Positions 55,060-64,000 of a stretch of DNA of 64,000 nucleotides are shown here, piece after piece. Position numbers and translations under genes: made by a program. The notes beneath the pieces are model-generated. The model was not told the DNA's origin, searched no databases, and saw nothing but the letters and a program-made list of their open reading frames with translations. Numbering within the stretch: position 1 is the first letter of the stretch; each line of letters begins with the position of its first letter. The stretch is from Octopus vulgaris. Taxonomy: Eukaryota. The stretch lies in NCBI GenBank assembly GCA_951406725.2, contig OX597815.1, forward strand, positions 35,154,001-35,218,000, given 5' to 3'.

Positions 55060-55634
55060 ATTTATATACACACACACACATATATATATATTTATATGAA
55101 TATTCTGTTGTCTGGGGGGAGTCATTTTCTTTTTGTGCCTTATAATGTAACACTTATTGCCACTTATTTCTTATTTTTGTTTTTCTAAAACTTATTTCTT
55201 ATTTATATTTTCCTAAAATTTTCGTTGCGTCTTGCAACCTTTTCTATCCGTTATTTACACTGTGTTCCTTTTTGTTTGTTTGTGCGCATGTGTCTGGGTC
55301 AGTGTGTGTGTGTGTGCCTATGCATACATGCATGTACGTATATATATGTGTGTATGTATGTATGCATGTGTATGTATATATGCGTGTGTGTGCATATGTA
55401 TGTATCCTGTATATTCATGTGCTTGCATGTCTGTGTTTGTGTATTTTCTATGTATGTGTGTGTGTGAGTTTGTGTTGGTATATGTATGCACCTCTGTCTC
55501 CTTGTGTGTGCATATCTGTGTGTGTGTGTGTTATGCAACTATGTACCATGTTTGTATGTGTTTTTATACTTATGTGCTATCTTCATGTTATATACCACCT
55601 CTTCTAAAACTACAAACCCCACCTTTTTTTATAT

Positions 55635-55900
55635 ATCTATTATAAAATCCGTTTTGTCTGTCTGTGTGTGTCTTCTAGGATCTCGGGCATCCTCCATCCG
55701 ATTGCACTCAAATTTGATATGTAGATACCGACGGTATCAGGGCGTGTATAAGTCTTGAAAAAAATTACAAAAATCGATTCCAGGAGAGAATGCGATCGAT
55801 AAAGCCGTGGGATCGTGCACTTGTACGCGCAAGTACATTAGCTGTTGCGATCGATACTACGCGTACGCAAGAAAAATGCACGTACAGTTTGCGCAAAAAT
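55635..55900 (+). mobile_element. Probable Helitron-like 5' end
   Basis: A|TCTATTATAAAA..TTTGTCTGTCTGTGTGTGTC start, like the other two Helitrons. The 3' end was not identified. Confidence 0.5.
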
Positions 55901-56183
55901 AGTTGGCTGGCTTGAAATAATGCCACAAAATGCAGTATATTTAAGAGACCAATAAAGTAAGATGCAAAAGAGATATTTTCTTCAAACTTGGCATGAAGGA
56001 AGGGAAGACTATTTGATTTCTCAAGAAGTTTTTTTTTTTGCCTGAACTTCGTTTACCAAAACGCAAAATTTTATTGAAATAAAGGCATGCTTAACTATTT
56101 TTTAATGAAAAGAAAACACTGATTGCTTTTTATTCAGCAGATATGATTGAGCACCGTCCATTGGATGGGGGGTGATTTGCTCG

Positions 56184-56280
<97 letters not shown>

Positions 56281-56281
<1 letters not shown>

Positions 56282-56696
56282 GGATGACACGTATGAATGA
56301 CGAAGCCACCTTGACTATGATCCCATGAACCGTAAAAATTAATACAGAGAGTTGCTTATTTGTAAAAAAATATAACGTGACTTCATTGACCGAGGTTACC
56401 GTGGTCTTTTCCGTAGGCTCTTGTTTCCACGGGTAAACCTCACCTGTCCTCCCCTTTACACTTTATATTGACATTTCTGTGATAACGATCCCTATTGATC
56501 GATTTTTTCTTTTTCCTTTTATTTTTATCCCCCCCCCCCAATTTTTCTCCTTTTTTTTTTTGCTTTCCTCTTTCTTTCCTTTTACGATCCCTTTTGATCG
56601 AAAACCAAAACCCCCTTTTTTTATCCCCAAAAAGAAAAGCTCTACCTTGTAATTTGTCCCGTCTGTGTGCAACCCTGTGTGGCTAATAAAGAAACA
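56281..56696 (+). mobile_element. Probable LINE 3' end and UTR inserted in (TATC)n
   Basis: Flanked by (TATC)n (56185-56280) and ATATCTATCTAT. It ends TTGTCCCGTCTGTGTGCAACCCTGTGTGGCTAATAAAGAAA, which resembles the SINE family 2 tail. Confidence 0.55.
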
Positions 56697-57379
56697 TATC
56701 TATCTATATATATATACACATAACCCCACCTCTCCTTAAATAATCTCTACTGTCCATGTCACACTGTATCCTAGCCTCTTAAAGGCATGGTATCTGCGCT
56801 TACGTTGTATTTATTCATGCTCTTATTCATTTCCTTAACCTTGACATCACCAGCACCTCATCAGCAACTCTGTCTCAATGTCTTACTCTAAGCAACATGT
56901 CATGATTTATCTACTGTTATACAACGCTGTGAACATCTTTTACCAACAGCAATGCTTTAGTTATTCTTTGTTCAGCATCTTATAACATTTCTCTTCATTC
57001 TGTTCCTTGAACCCTCTGGTAGTTGAACATAGCTAAATAATTATTTCTCCACTCGTCTTATTCTGACTATCCTCGATTTCTTATGTTTCTTTTAACCCTA
57101 ACAAGGCGAGTGATATTATCCTTCTAAGAATCTCACCTCATCCTCACCTCAAAGCTCTTAGCCTTCAAATCCCTTTAGTAGTTTACTCGATCTGTATTGC
57201 AGCTGTACAGACCGAAGAATACTGCTTAAAACACCCGCAGAAGTCTCCCACCATATCAACGGAAAGGCATTTATCCTCTACTGCAACGCATGCAAAACAG
57301 GCCAACGAGACTACCAGTACGTGACGATGGATCTGATGTAAATTTTAACCAAATCTGCTTCAATTTACGTTCTATTATC

Positions 57380-57456
<77 letters not shown>

Positions 57457-57457
57457 T

Positions 57458-57625
57458 TCTTTTCTACTTTAGGCACAAGGCCCGAAATTTTGGGGGAGGG
57501 GCCAGTCGATTAGATCAACCCCAGTACGCAACTGGTACTTAATTTATCGATCTCAAAAGAATGAAAGGCAAAGTCGACCTCGGCGGAATTTGAGCTCAGA
57601 CCATAAAGACAGACTAAATACTGCT
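57458..57625 (-). mobile_element. SINE family 2-related copy with (AAT/ATT)n tail
   Basis: GAAAGGCAAAGTCGACCTCGGCGGAATTTGA motif. Confidence 0.8.
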
Positions 57626-57664
57626 GATTTATAACAATAATAATAATAATGATGTTATCATATA

Positions 57665-58140
57665 CATTGTTTTGTCGTTGTATAAAAGATGGGCCCCAGC
57701 AAATATTCTGCTCAATACCATAAATTTGCTTGTCAGTTGTTTGACCTTAACCAGTTAAGTATGTCTGTTAGTGGCTGACGATATTTGCATCTCTGATCAC
57801 AAGCAGAAGTAGTGGGAGAGCATCATGGCCATGTCTTGAGAGAAATTCTTTGGGGTTTGAATAATTCACCTCTAGAAACATGGGTGTTTCGTTCAACATC
57901 CTTAAACAACCCTTATTCAGGGACCTTTTGAGCGGGATGGTCTACTCGACCAGAAGAAAATTTTAACTGGGCCCCAACCTGCAAGGTCATGCGCTGTAAA
58001 TCTTGATGTGAGATCACCATGTCACACACATATGGTTGTGATGCATGTACCTGGTGTACCCTTATCAGACGGGTAGTCATGATGGATATACTGGGCTTCA
58101 TATATTTTACCCTAGTGTCACTTTGATGGCATGCACACTC
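57665..58140 (+). mobile_element. Probable interspersed repeat ending in (AAT)n (retroposon 3' part, family not assigned)
   Basis: GC-richer non-coding block bounded by AAT tracts. There is no second copy in the window. Confidence 0.4.
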
Positions 58141-58185
<45 letters not shown>

Positions 58186-58188
<3 letters not shown>

Positions 58189-59429
58189 CACAATTGGACT
58201 GGCCAAAACAACCACAATTGGACTGGCCAAATATCTCGAAATATAAAACAACCACAATTGGACTGGCCAAATATCTCGAAATATCGAATGACTGGATGCT
58301 AAAGCTCGTGGAAAATCACGAGAGACGAAAGAAGCTTCATTCTATCATCAAGGAAAGCAAAAAATTTGCTATTGATCTCGTGCAGGATACCCAAACTGAA
58401 CAACCCGAGGGAAGTACGGCAACTATTGTTGCAAAGAAGGTGAAAATGATGGCAATGAAAAAAGCGCACGAGCAATTGGCTGATAGGTGGGAGGAGAAAC
58501 CTCTGCACGGCAAATATGTGACCCGCAGCAAACAAGCTGATGTTGACCAGAAGCAAACCCATCAGTGGCTGCGGAGCTCAGGGCTAAAAGCAGAGAGCGA
58601 AGGTTTCATCCTGGCTGCTCAAGACCAAAGCCTATTAACCCGGAACTACCAGGCCAATGTGATGAAAAATGGAGCAGACCCAAAATGCCGATTCTGCAAC
58701 GACATGATTGAAACAGTGGACCACCTAATCTCTGGATGTAAAGTTTTAGCACCAGTGGAGTATAAATTAAGACATGACAGAGTTGGCCAATATCTCCACT
58801 GGCTAATAAGTCGGCATTACAATATCAAAACTGCCGACAAGTGGTATAATCACCACCCTGAGGCTGTAACTGAAGGAGAAAATGTAACCATTCTGTGGGA
58901 CTTTCCAGTACATACAGACCGAACCCTCAAGGCCAATAAACCAGATATTGTTGTGAAAGACCAAAACAATAAAGTTTGCTTATTGATCGACATGAGCATC
59001 CCCTGTGATCATAATATCTCAGCGAAAGAGTTTGACCAGCTCAGAAAATATAAAGACCTACTCATTGAAATTGAGAAAATGTGGCATCTCAAGGCGGTTA
59101 CAATACCAGTGATCGTAGGAGCACTAGGAATGATCAAGAAGGGAACCGAAAATTATATGAGAATGATCCCTGGCTTACCATCCCTGCAAGAAGTGCAAAA
59201 GATTGTCTTAACTGGTACATCACACGTATTGAGAAGAGCATTGTCGATGTGAGAACTGTTGCTGCTCATGTATTTTAATTTAACTTTAAAAAAAAAAAAA
59301 AAAAAAAATGAACGAACTACTGAGTTTGGTTTAATGGCCTACCAATATACACTATGAGTTTCTTTGCCCTAGGAGTCGGGAAGACACTCGGCAAGAAATG
59401 GAAGAAAATTTGAAAGAAGAAAAAAAAAA

Positions 59430-59430
<1 letters not shown>
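58186..59430 (+). mobile_element. 5'-truncated R4/Dong-like LINE inserted in (AAT)n
   Basis: Open C-terminal ORF plus ~180-bp 3' UTR. (AAT)n lies at 58141-58185 and from ~59430. Confidence 0.85.
58194..59252 (+). CDS. LINE ORF C-terminus: CCHC zinc knuckle and restriction-like (PD-D/ExK) endonuclease; 5'-truncated
   Basis: CRFCNDMIETVDHLISGC, RHDRVG..LHW, LWDF, KPDIVV, LIDMSIP, KYKDL and IPVIVGALG. Uninterrupted for more than 330 codons, suggesting a young insertion. Confidence 0.85.
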   Translation: MDWPKQPQLDWPNISKYKTTTIGLAKYLEISNDWMLKLVENHERRKKLHSIIKESKKFAIDLVQDTQTEQPEGSTATIVAKKVKMMAMKKAHEQLADRWEEKPLHGKYVTRSKQADVDQKQTHQWLRSSGLKAESEGFILAAQDQSLLTRNYQANVMKNGADPKCRFCNDMIETVDHLISGCKVLAPVEYKLRHDRVGQYLHWLISRHYNIKTADKWYNHHPEAVTEGENVTILWDFPVHTDRTLKANKPDIVVKDQNNKVCLLIDMSIPCDHNISAKEFDQLRKYKDLLIEIEKMWHLKAVTIPVIVGALGMIKKGTENYMRMIPGLPSLQEVQKIVLTGTSHVLRRALSM

Positions 59431-59516
<86 letters not shown>

Positions 59517-59558
59517 AAGAAGAAGAAGAATTGTACAGACATAAAGCAAAAGTCAAAC

Positions 59559-59658
<100 letters not shown>

Positions 59659-60627
59659 AAGAAGAAAAATGCACTCCTCTATTCACTACACCACGAAGAA
59701 AAAATTACATAGATCGCGGTCTGGCTTGCCCGGTGCTGAAAAGCAACAATACCTGTCAGCTGGTCACAAAAGCAAAGAATGCTCTCCCAAATTGCAATCA
59801 CATCTATTTTGCTTCAGGATTACCTATCAAATAGCACGATTGCAACGTGCACTGACGGCCTCTCCTTCCCATTTACATTACATCATCTCTGAGGTATCAC
59901 AAAATTTCTGCTATCTATATTAACTTTTACTATATTAGCTGGTATTTAAAATACATGAATGAAATGACTTTTCACTCCTCACTAACTTTGTACACATAAT
60001 TTTAAATACACACCTCTTCAGTCGCATGATATCAGTCATAGCCTGCACTTTTTTCAAATATAACATTCCATAATGGTTTCCGATTTAGACGCAAGACAAT
60101 TAATTTTCAAGGAAAGATTTAATTGATACCAACGATCCCATTATTTTATTGATACTTTATTCTATCGACTTCGAAAGAATGAAAGGCAATTAGAATGTAA
60201 AGAGACTGAACAAATATAAGGCATTCTGCCAGATCACCACCTTGCGAACTTGTCAGTCTAGATTCCTTCAACAGCAGAAAGGTACAGCTGGAAGAATCTT
60301 GCACTCAATACATCCACACTTCTTGTGAGCAAACAAACTAAACTTCATAATCCATCATGAATTTATTTGGCTACCTCATAACATTCCCAAAATAGTATCT
60401 TTGAATTTCTTTTTCAGAGTAATTAAAGGCCTAATTCCCAACCAATTTGTGGCCCTCCAAAGAACTTAAGAGCGGCTTGTATCTGAAGGGTGCTAAATAT
60501 CTAAGACGTTGCTCCAGTCACACGGAAATGCATCCAAAAGAAGGCCATTCACATAACTGGTGAATATTCACTCTGACACACGCTACAAGTAGTGGTTCAT
60601 TCACACGCCATTTTTATGACCCCATCT

Positions 60628-60669
<42 letters not shown>

Positions 60670-61221
60670 ACCGTGACCATACCATCCAGTCTTTATTTCA
60701 TTTGCGAGGTATCTCAGATTACGTCATTCAATGTATTATTCCCTTTTTAAAGAAGGGAGAAAGATTTGGCTACTATTTTTTGCAAGCTGGTGGAGAATGT
60801 AGAAGCTTGTCCTTGTCTATGTAGTAGGCAACGCCTGTTGGTGGTTTGTCAATCGGCCAAAATGGCTTTCTTTTGGCGAGAATGCCTAGCACTATTCCAT
60901 ATACATGAGCATTTCTCTACTTATACTAGTAGATTGTAAAGGTCTTTGTAGGCTGTAAACAACGGATCATTGATGTAGCATATATAGGCTCTAAATAGTA
61001 ATTTTAGCCATCATGATGGAGTTTTAGCAATGTTATGTATATGGTGTCGCTTAGCTTAGAGTTGAATTACGTCTGAGCTGGGTATCTAACATATAGGCTT
61101 ATATCGCGGACGAATCTAGATTCATCATACATATGTCTGATAAAGACGACTTCATTCATCAACATTAAATAAACACAATTGTAATAATCGAATGTGTTCT
61201 ATTTATATTACTTCCATGACT

Positions 61222-61322
<101 letters not shown>

Positions 61323-61683
61323 AGGGCATCTGATAGTTAATTGAATTTATTGTGTCTCACCTTTCAGATTCCTCTTCCATTACTTACACTTCCCAGAAGC
61401 CAACCTTTTATTATTTCTCCCTCCCCAACAACGTTGTATTTTTCTCAGTGTTACTCACTTTACATAAAGCAGGGAATAACATCTGGACAGATACTCAAAC
61501 TGATCCCTCAATCTCACCAGGTTTGAACTGTTGATGGGCACTGCCCTTTTTAGTCTAACGGCATTGCCAAATCAACTGTATGTATGTATGTATGTATGTA
61601 TGTATGTATGTATGTATGTATGTATGTATGTATGTATGTATGTATGTATGTATGCATGTATGTATGTATGTACGTACGTACGG

Positions 61684-61772
<89 letters not shown>

Positions 61773-61774
61773 TA

Positions 61775-62335
61775 TGTGGGTACAGGACGTCAAGTAACGT
61801 GTACAACAAGAAATACGAAGCACAAGTACATGAACTATTCTTTCGAACAACAAAAGACACAAATGGAAAACAAAACAAACAACATAAAGAACGACCCTCC
61901 ATCAGTTGTTGACTGTTTTTTCCAGTCTCGTATTTCGAGCATTTAACAACAATATACGCTTTCGTTAAAACCGTTGCTCCCGCAAAGCAAATTAAATAAA
62001 ACTTGGGATTTTGCATGCGGAGAGTCAAAATTGGTAACACAAACAAAACAGTGAAAACAAACAGGGAGGGCTGCTAAGCCTAAACGAGGTTATAGTGGCG
62101 AACGCGTAAATCAAGCTGGACAGGAAACAAACAATAACACGTCTTCCTTGTTCTAGCTAGAACGGAGAGAAAGAAAGAAAGATGGCCGATGGTCACGTCC
62201 GAGCCACCTGAGCAAGGAAGGAGGAGTGAGAAAGAGAGAGTTACAGAGTAATAGAATAGAATAGTGGGAGAAGAGGAGGTAAAAGAATAAGAGAGAAAAA
62301 GAGAGAAAGCCGAAAAAGTAAAAGGATCATATAGA
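61775..62335 (-). mobile_element. Hammerhead-bearing repeat, copy F
   Basis: Colinear with copies A and B on the minus strand. Permuted hammerhead strands at 61895-61958. Confidence 0.75.
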
Positions 62336-62514
62336 GTGCCCATCAGATGTACACACATACATACACACATACATACATACATACGTACATACATACATAC
62401 ATACATACATACATTCATACATACATAGAGACAGATAAATATATTTGTTTATTGATATAGAGCTAAAACATGATATGCACACACGTATGTTGTACAAGAT
62501 AAAATATAAATACA

Positions 62515-62815
<301 letters not shown>

Positions 62816-63801
62816 GAAGGTAGGTAGGGAAATAGACAGACAGATTTGTACTTCAGAATTAAAAGAGGAGTGCTAAATATTCTCATGGTGATGATAATAG
62901 CTGCAGTTATGGTGTAGGTGGCAGTGTTGTCGGTGATGATAAGGACGGTTGTTGGGGTTGTGCTGTGGGGAATGATAGATGATGTCAGAAACAGTTACTG
63001 AGCCTGAATCATACAAATTACCATAGTTACACAATTTTTATAAACTCCTCCTCCTCTTCCTCCTTTTCCTCTCTCATTACCACCTCCACCACCACCACCT
63101 CTTCCTTCATCTCTATTTTTTCTACCTTCTTATTTTCACTCTGCCTAACTGTCCCCTAAAAATATTTATTATTACTCTCATACCCAGTTTTTCCTCTTAC
63201 ACTTTTCTCCCCCCCTCTCTCTCTCCCTCTGATTATTTCTTTATTCTTTTCTTTTTTCCCCTCTCCATTCTCCCTCATTCTCTTTCACCTTTCCCTTCCT
63301 CTAGTTTTCTTCAGCCTCTCCCTTACAACTCCAATTTCTATTCCATTCTATTTATTATTCCATGAACCCTACTGCATCTTCAGCTTTTACTCCTTTCCTT
63401 ACTGATATACCTTCTCTTCCACTCTCCTCCTTTTCTCTTTCTCTTTCCTTTGTCTCCCTTTTTCTTTTCCTCTCTCCCCTTTTCTTTATCTTTCTCTTCT
63501 CCTCTTTCTATTCCTCTCTTCTTTCTCCCTTATCTCACACATCTGTCTTTTCCTGTTAGTTTTCACTTCTTAATTCTATAGCTAAACACTACAGAGGCAC
63601 AGAATTTCCCATTACTCAACTGTTTCCCCAGCTTCGCGTCTGGTAAGATTCAAATCAAGGAAACCATCATGGTGGCAGTTTTAACTCCGGGGCGGTAGGT
63701 CTATATCACTGCCCACTTTAGCACAGTAGCCTAACTCCTGGGTGCCATCAGCGAAGTATATTCAGTTGCAGTTATTTGTTATAGACATTGTTCCCTTCCA
63801 G

Positions 63802-63908
63802 AATTTCCTGCATACGCTGACATGAAGATGCTCTCGCTGGACACCAGCCAGATCGATCTTCCCAAAGTGGGAGGGCCTGCCAAGGTCTTGAAAACTGCCC
63901 CACCTCCT
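63802..63908 (+). CDS. Candidate internal exon of an unidentified host gene (107 nt)
   Basis: TTGTTCCCTTCCAG acceptor, open frame xFPAYADMKMLSLDTSQIDLPKVGGPAKVLKTAPPP, GTGAGG donor, and GC content well above the flanks. Confidence 0.45.
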
Positions 63909-64000
63909 GTGAGGCATGCAAATACACATACGCACAACCACACACACGCACGCAACCACACACTCACACACATACACTCATGCACGAAGCACGCATATTA

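Noticed and set aside
55211-55250. Minus-strand GTTGC-AAGAC-GCAAC-GAAA hairpin
   Set aside because: It is a stem II-like hairpin, but the upstream core is unrecognisable.
58186-58290. Three short direct repeats resembling a CRISPR array
   Set aside because: There are no unique spacers, the context is eukaryotic, and the repeats are nested duplications of a LINE junction.

Overview
AT-rich, microsatellite-saturated eukaryotic DNA, most likely an octopus (cephalopod) intron or intergenic region; this is inferred from the tRNA-derived SINE families and the extreme (TA)/(CA)/(TATG)/(AAT) density. Almost every ORF in the supplied track is a translated microsatellite. Real content is decayed mobile DNA: a Penelope-like RT/GIY-YIG remnant, R4/Dong-type LINE 3' ends in (AAT)n, RTE fragments, a mariner fragment, non-autonomous Helitrons, MITEs and many SINEs, plus one candidate host exon near the right end. 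The most notable signal is a dispersed ~0.6-0.9 kb repeat with six copies or fragments. It carries all three hammerhead ribozyme core strands in a NON-circularly permuted order (stem III/NUH/stem I, then stem II/GAAA/stem III, then stem I/CUGANGA/stem II), with compensatory changes in stems I and III between diverged copies. All structures were paired by eye, and no searches or folding were run.
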